From: an uncultured Thalassospiraceae bacterium
GTDB taxonomy: Bacteria; Pseudomonadota; Alphaproteobacteria; Rhodospirillales; JABHCV01
Assembly (NCBI GenBank): GCA_964344645.1
Contig: CAYFOJ010000013.1
Span: forward strand, 61-64,060
Length of the DNA: 64,000 nt
Direction of reading: 5' to 3'
A program made the translations under genes and the position numbers. Positions 28,821-39,565 of this stretch are shown in pieces. Each line of letters opens with the position of its first letter. Positions within the stretch are counted from its first letter, which is position 1. The notes under the pieces are model-generated. The model had not been told where the DNA came from. It ran no database searches and saw nothing but the letters and a program-made list of their open reading frames with translations.

Positions 28821-30047
28821 TCATCCCCCTCCCCCCCGGTTGTTGCGCGGGACGATCTCGACGCCATCGGCAACCCGGTCGCTGGGATGGAGGATGACCC
28901 GCGTCCCTACTTCCAGCCCTTCCAGCACCTGCATGGTCCGGCCGTTGGAACGCCCGGCCCGGACCGCCGTCCGTTTCGCCCGTCCCTGCTCGAGGACGAA
29001 GACCGCCCATTCCCCGCCATGGCGGAAGACGGCGCCGACGGGAACCTGCAACACGTCCTCGGCCCGCCACTCGCCGATTCGCGCCTCGACCCGGAAACCG
29101 TGGCCGAGGGCGGGCCGGTCTTCCGGCGGCGCCGTGAAATCGATAATCACGTTGACCCGCTGTTCCTCGATGCCGAGGGCCGAGACCTTGGTGAAACCAT
29201 AGGGCTCGATGCGCCGCACCTTGCCTTCCGCCGTCGATCCGCCGCCCCAGCCGTGCAGGGTCACCGACGCCCCCTCACGGACCTTCATGGCCTGGGAGGA
29301 AAGCAGATCGACGACCACCTCCAACCGGCCGGGGTCGCCGATCTCCATCAACGGGCTGGAGCGTTCGACCACCCCCTCGCTTTGCCGCAACAAACGCAGC
29401 ACCCGGCCATTCACCGGGGCGCGCACCTCGACGCAGCAGGTCGCCCGGCCTTCCGTCACGCTGGCCGGCGCGATCAGGGCGGCGATGGCCGTTTCCAGTT
29501 CGAACTCGCGGACCTTCAAGGTCGCCAGGGCGCTGTCCACGGCGGCGCTCTGGGTCTTGGCCGAGAGTTCCGCCTGATCGAACTCCCGCTGGGAAATGGC
29601 CTGCTTGGGCAGCAGCTCCCGGGCCCGCCCCAGATTGGCCATGGCGTAGGCCTTTTCCGCCCTCACCCGGTCGTATTCGGCCCTGGCCAGGGCCTTGGCC
29701 GCCTCCGCCGCCTTGATGCGGGCTTCCGCCTGGGCGGCGGCGCGGGCGTCGAGGAACTGGGGCTGCGCCGGCTCGATGGTGGCGAGCAGGGTTTCATCGG
29801 CGCTAACCGCATCGCCGACATGCACCTCCAGGCGGCGAAGCCTTCCCGCCACCGGGGTGGAAACCGTATAGATGTCGTGGACCCGGGTCAGGCCTTCGCC
29901 GTTGACGGTCACCTCCATGGGGCCCCGGGTCGCCCGGGTCAGGTCAACGGCGACGGGGACCGGCTGGAAGGCCCAATAACCCAGCCCCGCCAAGGCGGCG
30001 AGGGCGGCGATGAGACCGAAAACGGTCTTGACGGTCGAAACGGTCAT
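28821..30047 (-). CDS. MacA/HlyD-like periplasmic adaptor (membrane fusion protein)
   Basis: N-terminal anchor; biotinyl-like hairpin VRAPVNGRVL; KVSALGIEEQRV. Confidence 0.88.
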   Translation of the reverse strand: MTVSTVKTVFGLIAALAALAGLGYWAFQPVPVAVDLTRATRGPMEVTVNGEGLTRVHDIYTVSTPVAGRLRRLEVHVGDAVSADETLLATIEPAQPQFLDARAAAQAEARIKAAEAAKALARAEYDRVRAEKAYAMANLGRARELLPKQAISQREFDQAELSAKTQSAAVDSALATLKVREFELETAIAALIAPASVTEGRATCCVEVRAPVNGRVLRLLRQSEGVVERSSPLMEIGDPGRLEVVVDLLSSQAMKVREGASVTLHGWGGGSTAEGKVRRIEPYGFTKVSALGIEEQRVNVIIDFTAPPEDRPALGHGFRVEARIGEWRAEDVLQVPVGAVFRHGGEWAVFVLEQGRAKRTAVRAGRSNGRTMQVLEGLEVGTRVILHPSDRVADGVEIVPRNNRGGGG

Positions 30048-30059
30048 GGCGGTAGTACC

Positions 30060-32423
30060 CTACTCTCTTGTTTTCAACGCTTCGATGAGATTCATTGTAT
30101 CAAGTTTTCGCCGGATAATCAGTCCCGAAACCACGGCGGCGGCGAGAACGACGGCGACGGACCAGCCGTAGGTGTCCCGGTCGATCACCATGGGCAGGCG
30201 GAACAATTCCGTGTCCATGGACTGAACCCACAACACCGCCTGGCCATAGCCGAGAAGACAGCCGACCGGGACCGCGACGAGAACCAGCAGGGCCAGTTCG
30301 CCCAGCAGGATGTAGGCGGTTTCCCCCCGGGTGAAGCCCAGCACCCGCAGGCTGGCCAGTTCACGGGCGCGTTCGGAAAGGGAAATGCGGGCCGAATTGT
30401 AGACGACCCCGACGGCGATGATGACGGCGAAGGCGATGTTGAAGGTGATCATCAGGCCCATGTTTTCCTCGATGGTGTTCTGAAAGCTTTCCACCAGCAC
30501 CTCCTTGATGGCGGCCCCGGCGACGGAGGGCATGCCCTTCAGCTTTTCATACAGGGCCTCCGCCCCGGCCTGATCGATTTGCAGGACCGCCCCGTTGACG
30601 GACGGGGCTTCCCCCAGCAACCGCCCCAGGGCCGCCAGGTCCATATAGACCGGGGTGGCGATGTATTCCTCGATCAGGGCCGTCACCGGCACCTTCAACA
30701 CCGGGCGCCGGCCCTCCTTGACTTCCACGGTGACGATGTCGCCGCGCCCGACCCGCAGCAACTCGGCCATCTTGGTCGATAGGGCAAGGCCGCTTCCGGG
30801 CAGGGGAACCGGTTCCAGACCGGCGCCGAGAGGTCGGAGCAGCGTCGCCTCGCCGCTCAGGCCGATCAGGCTTTCGTGGCGCTCGCGATGCCCGGCGACG
30901 AGCCGCACGGGGACGGAGCGAAGGGGCTCCGCGGCCAGCACGCCGGGCAGGTTGGCGACCTCTTCCATCGCCGAACCGTCCCGGGTATCGGTAAAGGTCA
31001 CCATGACGTCCTGCCGGTGGGCCTGAAAGAAATGCACCTGGACGAGGTGATTGAGGGAGTCGAGGAAAAACTGACTGCTGACGAGGATGGACACCGCCAG
31101 CGCCGTCCCCAATATGCCGAGAGAGGAGCGCAGCGGCCAGCGCAGGGTATGGCGCAACACCATCCTGTTGGTTTCCGAAAGGCGCTGCAGGCGCAACAGC
31201 CGCTCGATCCAGGCGGTGCGATAGGCGGTCGGCGGCGCCGGGGTCATGGCGACGGCGGGCATCAGGCGGGCGGCCCGCCACACCGCCGCGAGCGCGCCCA
31301 GCAATCCGACGGCGACGCTGAACAGAACGGCGGCGGCGTAGAGCCCGCCATCGACGATGTAATACAGGAACGGGAAGCGGAAATAGGCGGCATAGAGTTC
31401 GGTCATTCCCCGCCCCAGCCAGGTGCCGCCGGACACCCCCAGCAGCAAACCGAGGCCGACGATGGCGAGCGCCAGCTTGATGTAGACCCAGGCGACCGAG
31501 GTATCGGAATAGCCGAACGCCTTGAGCAGGCCGATCTGCCCCCGTTCGGTTTCGATCAGGCGGGAGACGACCATGTGCAGGAGAAAGGCGGCGATGGAGA
31601 AAAACAGCGGCGGCGCCACACTGCCCATGGCGCGAAGCTGGGAAATCTCGTTATCGACGAACCAGTTGGAAAGCTGGGTCTTGCGGCCATAGGCGCGAAT
31701 GCCCCCATAGGGCTCCGTCAGCCCGTCCAGGGCCTGCAGGACGTCCGCCTCGACCGCGTTCCTCTCCAGGGTCATCACCGCCTCGGTGAAGGAGCCGGCC
31801 AGGTCGAAGGCGGCCTCCAGCGCCCGTCCGCTCATCCAGATCACGGCGAAGCGCTTGTCGTCGGGCATCAACGCGCCGGGACCGAGGGCATACACGTATT
31901 CCGGCGACAATACGATGCCGACAATGGTCAGCCGGCGTTTGTGGCCGTTGATGACGGCGGCAAAGCCATCGCCGGGCTCATAGCCGTGGGCCTGGGCGAA
32001 GGCCTCGTTGACGACCACGTCCCCGGCCCGGCCGCCGTCCGGAAAACGCCCCTGGCGCAAATGCAGGGCGTTGAGCAGCGGTTCGCCGGTTTCCGGCAGG
32101 GAATGCAAACTGGCGCTGGCCGGTTCGGGCAGGCCGGGAATATCGAGAATGACGTTCCTGACGATCCGGGAATCCACCGTCCGCACCCCGGGAATGGCCG
32201 CCATTTCGTCGAGCAGCCTGCGGGGGGCCCGCTTCAGGGGGGCGAACACCTGGGCGAAGCGGTAGCGTTCGTAATAGGCGTCGCGGGTTTCCTCGAGGGA
32301 ATAAAGGGTGCCCAGGCTCATGATGTACATGGCGACGCCGGAGCCGATGACCAGGGCGATGGCCAGAACCTGCGGCTTCAGCCGCCACAGGTCTCGCGCA
32401 AGCTTGCGGTTGAGGGGGCTCAT
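30060..32423 (-). CDS. ABC transporter permease, double FtsX/MacB-type
   Basis: Two FtsX repeats ([12 protein letters not shown] and [14 protein letters not shown]). Confidence 0.9.
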   Translation of the reverse strand: MSPLNRKLARDLWRLKPQVLAIALVIGSGVAMYIMSLGTLYSLEETRDAYYERYRFAQVFAPLKRAPRRLLDEMAAIPGVRTVDSRIVRNVILDIPGLPEPASASLHSLPETGEPLLNALHLRQGRFPDGGRAGDVVVNEAFAQAHGYEPGDGFAAVINGHKRRLTIVGIVLSPEYVYALGPGALMPDDKRFAVIWMSGRALEAAFDLAGSFTEAVMTLERNAVEADVLQALDGLTEPYGGIRAYGRKTQLSNWFVDNEISQLRAMGSVAPPLFFSIAAFLLHMVVSRLIETERGQIGLLKAFGYSDTSVAWVYIKLALAIVGLGLLLGVSGGTWLGRGMTELYAAYFRFPFLYYIVDGGLYAAAVLFSVAVGLLGALAAVWRAARLMPAVAMTPAPPTAYRTAWIERLLRLQRLSETNRMVLRHTLRWPLRSSLGILGTALAVSILVSSQFFLDSLNHLVQVHFFQAHRQDVMVTFTDTRDGSAMEEVANLPGVLAAEPLRSVPVRLVAGHRERHESLIGLSGEATLLRPLGAGLEPVPLPGSGLALSTKMAELLRVGRGDIVTVEVKEGRRPVLKVPVTALIEEYIATPVYMDLAALGRLLGEAPSVNGAVLQIDQAGAEALYEKLKGMPSVAGAAIKEVLVESFQNTIEENMGLMITFNIAFAVIIAVGVVYNSARISLSERARELASLRVLGFTRGETAYILLGELALLVLVAVPVGCLLGYGQAVLWVQSMDTELFRLPMVIDRDTYGWSVAVVLAAAVVSGLIIRRKLDTMNLIEALKTRE

Positions 32424-32429
32424 CGCCGC

Positions 32430-33170
32430 CTACCAGATCAGGTCCGCCACCGGACACCGCGTTTCGTTGCGGCGCACGTCGACGATCCGGCCGTCGCCGA
32501 AGGTGACGACCCTGTCGGCCATCTGGGCGATGACGGCGTTATGGGTGATCAGGGCGGTGGTCGTTCCGAGCGACCGGTTGGTCCGCTCGATGGATTCCAG
32601 CACTTGCACGCCGGTCTTGCTGTCCAGGGCCCCGGTGGGCTCGTCGCACAACAGGATGTCCGGCCGCTTGGCGATGGCCCGGGCGATGGCCACCCGCTGC
32701 TGTTCGCCGCCCGACAACTGGGCCGGAAAGTGATCGAGCCGGTCCTGCAACCCGACCATGGTCAGGGCCTCGGCGGCGGGCAGCGGGTCCGGCGAAATAG
32801 AGGTGACGATGGTGACGTTTTCCCGCGCCGTCAGGCTGGGAATCAGGTTGTAGAACTGAAACACGAATCCCACATGGTCGCGCCGGTAGGCGGTCAGTTG
32901 CCGGTTGCCGAGAGCGGTCAGTTCCCGGTCCCGAAAGAACACTTGCCCGGCGGTCGGATTGTCGAGGCCGCCGAGGATGTTCAAAAGGGTGGACTTGCCG
33001 CTCCCCGATGGCCCCAGCAGGACGATCAGTTCGCCCTCGAACAGGTCCAGGCCGACCCCGCGCAGGGCATGAATGGTCACGTCCCCGGTATGATAATCCT
33101 TGGTGATATCCCGGGCTGACAGGGTAACCGGGCTTTTCCCGCCCGCGTGCTCGGCGTCTGTCTGAACCAT
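32430..33170 (-). CDS. ABC transporter ATP-binding protein (MacB/LolD-like)
   Basis: [23 protein letters not shown] and DEPTGALD motifs. Confidence 0.93.
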   Translation of the reverse strand: MVQTDAEHAGGKSPVTLSARDITKDYHTGDVTIHALRGVGLDLFEGELIVLLGPSGSGKSTLLNILGGLDNPTAGQVFFRDRELTALGNRQLTAYRRDHVGFVFQFYNLIPSLTARENVTIVTSISPDPLPAAEALTMVGLQDRLDHFPAQLSGGEQQRVAIARAIAKRPDILLCDEPTGALDSKTGVQVLESIERTNRSLGTTTALITHNAVIAQMADRVVTFGDGRIVDVRRNETRCPVADLIW

Positions 33171-33198
33171 GGTGGAAAGGTGCCCGATTCCGTCCTGT

Positions 33199-33528
33199 TC
33201 AACAACAGTCCTTTTGCCTTTCGCAACAAGCCCGTATGCCCGGATGATTGTCGCAGCAATCGTTCAGGAGAAAGGACATCAAGTCCCCCAGACTCTCCAC
33301 GTTGGCCGTGTAGACGATGTTGCGCGATTGCCGGCGCGATGTCACCAGGCCGGCGTTCTCCAGGGCCGACAAATGGAACGACGCCCTGGACGAGGCCGCC
33401 TCGACATGCTCGCCCACCTGCCCCGCCGTCGCGCCCTCCGGGCCGCAACGGACAAGGTAACGGACCGCCCGCAGGCGGGTCTCCTGGGACAGGGCGGACA
33501 GCATGGCGAGATAATTTTCTTCATCCAT
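33199..33528 (-). CDS. arsR: ArsR/SmtB family regulator with C-terminal CC motifs (AfArsR-type)
   Basis: [10 protein letters not shown]...R.LV...P.G..AG....SFHLS.L..AGLV..RRQ.R.I.Y.AN, then DCC...CC...CC. Confidence 0.82.
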   Translation of the reverse strand: MDEENYLAMLSALSQETRLRAVRYLVRCGPEGATAGQVGEHVEAASSRASFHLSALENAGLVTSRRQSRNIVYTANVESLGDLMSFLLNDCCDNHPGIRACCERQKDCC

Positions 33529-33558
33529 ATTTCAATAACTCTTGAATAATTGAATTAT
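33529..33558. promoter_or_regulatory. palindromic operator(s) between arsR and gst
   Basis: TTCAA-taactc-TTGAA (33531-46) and ATAATT-g-AATTAT (33546-58), abutting the arsR start codon. Confidence 0.55.
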
Positions 33559-33613
33559 CAGTATATCTTACCCTCCACACCAGTCAAACCATGACCGCAA
33601 GGAAACCCCTCCC

Positions 33614-34315
33614 ATGAAAATCGTCAGCTTCAAGATCTGCCCCTTCGTCCAGCGGGTCACCGCCCTGCTGGAAGCCAAGAACCTGGACTACGAAATTGAA
33701 TTCATCAGCCTGAAGGACAAGCCGCAATGGTTCCTCGACGTCTCGCCCCATGGCCAGGTTCCCATCCTGATCACCGACAACGGCACGGTCCTGTTCGAAT
33801 CCGACGCCATCGCCGAATACCTGGAAGAAGCCTTCCCGCCCCTGCAGGCGGATTTGTCGCCGGAAGACAAGGCGGTCAACCGGGCCTGGAGCACCCTGGC
33901 GTCGAAAAACTACCTGGTGCAGTGTAGCGCCCAACGCAGCCCGGACAGCGAGACCCTCGAGGAAAGAAGCGGAAAGCTCGCTCAGGCGTTCGATAAAATC
34001 GAGGCGCGCCTGGACGGCGGCCCCTATTTCGGTGGCGAGACCATCGGCATGGTCGACATCGCCTGGCTGCCGCTGCTGCACCGGGCGTCCCTGATGGAAC
34101 GCCATTCCGGTTTCGATTTTATCGGCCAGCGGCCGAAACTGAAGCAGTGGCAGAACCGGTTGCTGGCCACCGGGCTGGCGGAAAAATCCGTCGCGGCGGA
34201 CTTCGACGCCGCCTTCGCGGACTTTTATCTCTCAGACGAAACCTTCCTTGGGCGCGGTGGGGAGACGGGCTGCTGCGCCCCCAAGGCGGCGGCGGGCGGG
34301 TCTTCCTGTTGCTAA
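33614..34315 (+). CDS. glutathione S-transferase family protein (omega/lambda-like, CPF active site) with Cys-rich tail
   Basis: ICPFVQRV, SP.GQVP.L and LFESDAI.EYL motifs; ends GCCAPKAAAGGSSCC. Confidence 0.88.
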   Translation: MKIVSFKICPFVQRVTALLEAKNLDYEIEFISLKDKPQWFLDVSPHGQVPILITDNGTVLFESDAIAEYLEEAFPPLQADLSPEDKAVNRAWSTLASKNYLVQCSAQRSPDSETLEERSGKLAQAFDKIEARLDGGPYFGGETIGMVDIAWLPLLHRASLMERHSGFDFIGQRPKLKQWQNRLLATGLAEKSVAADFDAAFADFYLSDETFLGRGGETGCCAPKAAAGGSSCC

Positions 34316-34316
34316 C

Positions 34317-36083
34317 CTACTCCATGGCTTCCAGTTCCTCGACGAAGCCGGCGATAACGTCCAGTCCCCGTTTCCAAAATCCGGGGTCCGATGCATCCAG
34401 CCCGAAGGGGGCCAGCAGGTCCCGGTGACGGCGGGTTCCCCCCGCCTTCAGCATGTCCAGGTATTTTTCCTGGAACCCGGAATGGCCCGCCTGGAAGACG
34501 TCATAAAGGGAATTGACCAGGCAATCGCCGAAAGCGTAGGCGTAGACGTAGAACGGCGAGTGGACGAAATGGGGGATGTAGGCCCAGAAGCTGCGGTAGC
34601 CGTCGTCCAGACGGATGCCGTCACCCAGGCTTTCCCCCTGCACCTCCATCCAGATATCGCCCAGCCGTTCCGGTGACAATTCCCCCGCTGCCCGCTCGTC
34701 GTGGACGCGGGTCTCGAAACCGTGGAAGGCGATTTGCCGCACGACCGTATTGAGCATGTCCTCGACCTTGCCGGCCAGCAGAATGCGCCGCCGCGCCGGG
34801 TCGTCCTCGCCGTCGAGCAGGGAGCGGAAGGTCAGCATCTCGCCGAACACGGAAGCGGTTTCCGCCGTCGTCAGCGGGGTATCGGCCATCAACGTCCCCT
34901 GCCCCGCCGCCAGCACCTGATGGACACCATGGCCCAGTTCATGGGCCAGGGTCATGACATCCCGGGCCTTGCCGTGAAAATTCATCAGGATATAGGGATG
35001 CACGGACGGCACCGTTGAATGGGAAAAAGCGCCCGAATCCTTGCCCGCGCGCAACTGGGCGTCGATCCAGCCCCCTTCGAAGAAGCGCCCGGCGACGCCC
35101 GCCATGGCGGGATCGAACCGGCGATAGGCGTCGAGCACGGTGTCGCAGGCCGACCCCCAGTCGTAGAGCCGGGTGTCGTCTCCCGGCAGGGGGGCGTTGC
35201 GGTCCCAGTAGTCGAGGGCGTCGACGCCGAACCATTTCGCCTTCAGCCGGTAGTAGCGGTGGGACAGCCTGGGGTAGGACTCGCGCACGGACGAGACCAG
35301 GGCGTCGACAACCCCGTCCTCCACCTGGTTGGACAGGTTGCGTTCGGAAATCGGCCGCGGATAGGCGCGCCAGGAATCCTCGATGGCCTTGTCCTTGGCC
35401 AGGGTGTTGGTGATCAGGGAAAACAGCTTGATGTTGTCGTCGAGAACCCGCCCGAGAGCCTGGGCCGCGCTTTTCCGCTTGCCCCCGTCCCCGTCCGACA
35501 GCAGGTTCAGCACGTCGGCCATGCTCAGTTCTTCGCCGTCGACGGAAAAACGCAAGCCGGCCTCGGTCTCGTCGAACAGCCGCACCCAGGCGGCCCGGCC
35601 GCTGACGGACTGCTCGTGCAGCAGCTTTTCAAGCTCGTCGGACAATTGATGCTCGCGAAAGGCCCGCACCTCCCGGATCCAGGGGGCGTAACGGGCCGCC
35701 AGCGGGCTTTCCAGTTGCCGCTCGAGAACCGCCGTTTCAAGGCGATTCAGTTCCAGGCGGAAAAACAGGGTCCGGGTGGAAATATCGGTCACCCGCTCCT
35801 GCACGGTCTGATAAAAGCGGCCCCGCTCGCCGTCGCCGACATCGGCGGCAAACAGCAACTGGGCGTAACTCATGGCCCTGTAGAGAAGTTCGGTGATGGC
35901 CTCGTATTCGGCCACGGCCCGCCCCAGGGCATCACCGTCCAGGTCCACAAGGCATCCCTGATATTGGGTTTCAAAGGCCACGGCGCGCTCTTCGGCCCGG
36001 GCGAAATCCCGCTCCAGCTCCGGCGCGTCGGGGGCGCTGTAAAGATCGTTCAGATTCCAGGCGGGCAGTTTGTGGCCGGTCAT
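34317..36083 (-). CDS. pepF: oligoendopeptidase F (M3B)
   Basis: P.WNL.DLY, K.SGAF, TLAHELGHGVHQ (HExxH) and FYVYAYAFG motifs; GGAGAGG RBS before the ATG at 36083. Confidence 0.92.
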   Translation of the reverse strand: MTGHKLPAWNLNDLYSAPDAPELERDFARAEERAVAFETQYQGCLVDLDGDALGRAVAEYEAITELLYRAMSYAQLLFAADVGDGERGRFYQTVQERVTDISTRTLFFRLELNRLETAVLERQLESPLAARYAPWIREVRAFREHQLSDELEKLLHEQSVSGRAAWVRLFDETEAGLRFSVDGEELSMADVLNLLSDGDGGKRKSAAQALGRVLDDNIKLFSLITNTLAKDKAIEDSWRAYPRPISERNLSNQVEDGVVDALVSSVRESYPRLSHRYYRLKAKWFGVDALDYWDRNAPLPGDDTRLYDWGSACDTVLDAYRRFDPAMAGVAGRFFEGGWIDAQLRAGKDSGAFSHSTVPSVHPYILMNFHGKARDVMTLAHELGHGVHQVLAAGQGTLMADTPLTTAETASVFGEMLTFRSLLDGEDDPARRRILLAGKVEDMLNTVVRQIAFHGFETRVHDERAAGELSPERLGDIWMEVQGESLGDGIRLDDGYRSFWAYIPHFVHSPFYVYAYAFGDCLVNSLYDVFQAGHSGFQEKYLDMLKAGGTRRHRDLLAPFGLDASDPGFWKRGLDVIAGFVEELEAME

Positions 36084-36159
36084 TTTCCTCTCCATGCTTG
36101 CCCGAACCATATAAGACTGGATAGAAAGGAGGGCAAGGATAACAGGGAGGGTTGGAAAA

Positions 36160-37950
36160 ATGACCGCACGCACCGCCGAAACATGGCCCAATTTGGCCAC
36201 CATGTTCTTCGAACAAGCCGCCTTGAAGGGCGACGCTCCGTTTCTCTGGGCCAAGGAAGGTGGCGCCTACACGTCACGCAGTTGGAACGACGCGTCCCGG
36301 CAGGTGACGGCGCTGGCGCAGGGCCTGAGGGGCCTGGGGGTCGAGCCCGGCGACCGGGTCCTGCTGGTTTCGGAAAACCGGCCCGAATGGCTGATCGCCG
36401 ATGTCGCCATCATGGCCGCCGGGGGCATCACCGTCCCGGCCTATGTCACCAACACGGAAGCCGACCACCGCTACCTGATCGAAAACAGCGGCGCCAAGGC
36501 GGCCATCGTTTCCCGCGCCAAGCTGGCCGAGCGGGTCCTGCCGGCGGCGCTGAAGACCGGCGGCCTGGAAGACATCATCGTCATCGAAATGCCGGACATC
36601 GACCAGCATCTCGGCGTCAACCTGCACCTGTGGGACGACATCCTGCAAGCGGGGGAATCCGGCGGCGGCGACATCATCAAGGAAGCCGAAGGCCTGAAAC
36701 GGGACGCCACCGCCTGCATCATCTACACCTCGGGCACCGGCGGCGCACCCAAGGGGGTGATGCTGCATCACGGGGCCATCCTGCACAACTGCGTCGGCGC
36801 CCGCGACGCCCTGGCCGAGTTGGGCCTGGGGGACGAAGTGTTCCTGTCCTTCCTGCCCCTGTCCCATTCCTACGAGCACACGGCGGGACAGTTTTTCCCG
36901 ATTTCCATCGGCGCGCAGATCTACTACTCGGAGGCCGACACCCTGGCCACCAACATGCTGGAGGCCCGCCCGACCATCATGACCGCCGTTCCCAGACTCT
37001 ACGAGACCTTCCATTCGCGGATTTCCCGGGGCATCAAGAAACAGGGCGGCCTGAAGGAAAAGATGTTCGAGAAGACCGTCGCCCTGGGCAGCAAGAAAAT
37101 CGAGACCGGCAAGCTGGGAGTCCTCGAAGGCATCCTCAACGCCATCCTCGGCGTTCTCGTCCGCAAGAAGGTTCAGGGACGCTTCGGCGGCCGGTTGAAG
37201 GCCCTGGTTTCGGGCGGCGCCCCGCTCAACCCCGAGATCGGCATGTACTTCATGTCCCTGGGCCTGCGCATCCTGCAAGGCTACGGCCTGACGGAATCGG
37301 CACCGGTGATTTGCGTTAACCGACCCTCGCAGATCAAAATCGATACCGTCGGCCCGCCGCTGACCTCGACGGAAGTGAAAATCGCCGACGACGGGGAAAT
37401 CCTGACCCGGGGCGAACTGGTCATGCAGGGTTACTGGAAAAACGAGGAAGCCACCGCCGAATGCATCCGCGACGGCTGGCTGCATACGGGCGACATCGGC
37501 CATCTGGACGATCAGGGGCGCCTTAAGATCACCGACCGCAAGAAGGACATCATCGTCAATTCCGGCGGCGACAACATCGCCCCGCAAAAGGTCGAGGGCA
37601 TCCTCACCCTGGCCCCGGAAATCGCCCAGGCCATGGTCTACGGCGACAAGCGCCCGCATCTGGTGGCGGTCATCGTCCCCGACGTGGAATGGCTCGAACA
37701 GTGGGCCAAGGACAACGGCAAGGAATACGACCTGCCGGCCCTAGCCGGGGACGAGGATTGCCTCAAGGCCCTGTCGCAAATTGTCGAACAGGTCAACGCC
37801 GGCGTTTCCAATATCGAGAAGGTGCGCCGGTTCGTCATCGCCGAGGAAGCCTTCACCATCGACAACGCCCTGATGACCCCGTCCATGAAGATCCGCCGCC
37901 ATAAGATTTTCGAAATCTACGGCGAACGGCTTATCGCGCTTTACGGCTAA
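36160..37950 (+). CDS. long-chain fatty acid-CoA ligase (AMP-dependent synthetase)
   Basis: IYTSGTGGAPKGV, QGYGLTES, LHTGDIG and ITDRKKDII..SGG.N motifs. Confidence 0.9.
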   Translation: MTARTAETWPNLATMFFEQAALKGDAPFLWAKEGGAYTSRSWNDASRQVTALAQGLRGLGVEPGDRVLLVSENRPEWLIADVAIMAAGGITVPAYVTNTEADHRYLIENSGAKAAIVSRAKLAERVLPAALKTGGLEDIIVIEMPDIDQHLGVNLHLWDDILQAGESGGGDIIKEAEGLKRDATACIIYTSGTGGAPKGVMLHHGAILHNCVGARDALAELGLGDEVFLSFLPLSHSYEHTAGQFFPISIGAQIYYSEADTLATNMLEARPTIMTAVPRLYETFHSRISRGIKKQGGLKEKMFEKTVALGSKKIETGKLGVLEGILNAILGVLVRKKVQGRFGGRLKALVSGGAPLNPEIGMYFMSLGLRILQGYGLTESAPVICVNRPSQIKIDTVGPPLTSTEVKIADDGEILTRGELVMQGYWKNEEATAECIRDGWLHTGDIGHLDDQGRLKITDRKKDIIVNSGGDNIAPQKVEGILTLAPEIAQAMVYGDKRPHLVAVIVPDVEWLEQWAKDNGKEYDLPALAGDEDCLKALSQIVEQVNAGVSNIEKVRRFVIAEEAFTIDNALMTPSMKIRRHKIFEIYGERLIALYG

Positions 37951-38818
37951 TCCCCGCGACGGCGATTCCGGTCAGGATCAATCCCAGGGCGAGCATTTCC
38001 TGGGACGAGACATGCTCGCCCAGGAACAGCGCCCCCCACAGCACGCCCAGCCCGGGGATCAGGTAGTTGTTGAACGAGATGAAGAGCGCCCCGCGAACCT
38101 GCATCAGGTGAAAGTAGATCAGCGTCGCCAGCGCCGTCGGGAACAATCCCAGGTAAACCGCCGCCAGGCCGGACGCCGGGCTCGGCGACAACTGCCAGGG
38201 AGCCTCGACGATCCCGGCCAGAACGATGGTTTGCGCCGCCCCGCAGACCATCACCGCCGTGCCGCTAACCGCCGGGTGCAGGCGCGGCATGTGTTTCGCC
38301 ACCGTGGTGGCGATGGCGTAGCAGAGCGCCCCGCAGGCGACGGCGATCTGCCTGATGGCGTCGCCGCCCAGGCCCTTCAGGGCCTCGGGCCCGATCAGCA
38401 CGACGACGCCGCCGAAACCGATGACCAACCCGGCCAGTTTGGCCGGGGTCATGCGCTCGTCGGCGCTGAACAGGTGAACCAGGAACAGAGTCGCCAACGG
38501 CATCACCGCCATCAGAATGGCGGCCAGACCGCTGTCGATGGTCTGCTCGCCCCAGCCGATCAGGATGAACGGCAGGCCGTTGCCGAAAAAACCGATGGCG
38601 AAGGCGAGGAGCCAGAACCGCCGGTCGCCGGGGATGCGCATCCCCTTGGTGCGGGCGAAGGCATAGAGCGCCATCGCCGCCAGGGCCACCCGAACCGCGG
38701 CCAGGGTAATCGGCGGCAGGGTTTCGACGCCGATCTTGATCACGGCGAAAGAGGAACTCCACACCGTGGCCAGAAACAGCAGCAGGACGATGGGATGGAT
38801 GGAGACGGACGCGAACAT
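37931..38818 (-). CDS. DMT/EamA family transporter
   Basis: WSSSF..IKIGV, LPF.LI.WG, IDSGLAAIL and LFLGE motifs. Confidence 0.88.
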   Translation of the reverse strand: MFASVSIHPIVLLLFLATVWSSSFAVIKIGVETLPPITLAAVRVALAAMALYAFARTKGMRIPGDRRFWLLAFAIGFFGNGLPFILIGWGEQTIDSGLAAILMAVMPLATLFLVHLFSADERMTPAKLAGLVIGFGGVVVLIGPEALKGLGGDAIRQIAVACGALCYAIATTVAKHMPRLHPAVSGTAVMVCGAAQTIVLAGIVEAPWQLSPSPASGLAAVYLGLFPTALATLIYFHLMQVRGALFISFNNYLIPGLGVLWGALFLGEHVSSQEMLALGLILTGIAVAGISRKAR

Positions 38819-38936
38819 GACGATTCCCGGAAGTCGACGGCAAAGCAAGGTATAGGATCAACCCCGCCCCGGAGCCAGCGTAAATCACCGCCCACGGGGC
38901 ATTGACCCCATCCTCCGAAACGGCAAGACTGTCCCC

Positions 38937-39551
38937 ATGAACACGCGGGGGCCACTGGTTTACATCATCGACGACGACGACGCCGTGCGTCAGTCCCTGT
39001 CCTGGCTGGTTTCCTCCGCCGACTACGCCACCCGGGTCTTCCCCTCCGCCGACATCTTTTTACAGCAATGTCGGCAGATGGAGAGGGGATGCATCATCAC
39101 CGATATCCGCATGCCGGGCTTGAGCGGGCTCGACCTGCAAACCGAGTTGACCGCCCGGGGCATCGACCTTCCCGTTATCGTCATCACGGGCCACGGCGAC
39201 GTACAAACGGCGGTGCGCGCCATGAAGGCCGGGGCCTATGATTTCATCGAGAAACCCTTCAAGGACCATGTGCTGCTCGATCTGGTCAATCGGGCCGTCG
39301 CCCATAACCTCTCGGTCGGTGAGGAACTGCAGGAAAGGGCGGACCTGCGGGAGCGCCATGACAGCCTGACGACCCGCGAACAGCAGGTCATGGCGTTGAT
39401 TGTCGACGGCGAGGCCAACAAGGTCATCGCCTATAAACTGGACATCAGCGACAAGACTGTCGAGGCGCACCGGGCCAAGGTCATGCGGAAAATGTCCGCC
39501 AGGTCCCTGGCCGAACTGGTCAGGATGGCCCTGAAACTGAAGCAGAATTAG
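38937..39551 (+). CDS. FixJ/TtrR-like response regulator (REC-LuxR HTH)
   Basis: IIDDDDAVR, DIRMPGLSGL, ITGHGDV..AV.AMK.GA.DFIEKPF and LTTRE.QV...NK.IA..L.IS.KTVE.HR motifs. Confidence 0.92.
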   Translation: MNTRGPLVYIIDDDDAVRQSLSWLVSSADYATRVFPSADIFLQQCRQMERGCIITDIRMPGLSGLDLQTELTARGIDLPVIVITGHGDVQTAVRAMKAGAYDFIEKPFKDHVLLDLVNRAVAHNLSVGEELQERADLRERHDSLTTREQQVMALIVDGEANKVIAYKLDISDKTVEAHRAKVMRKMSARSLAELVRMALKLKQN

Positions 39552-39565
39552 GGTGTCCGTGGTCT

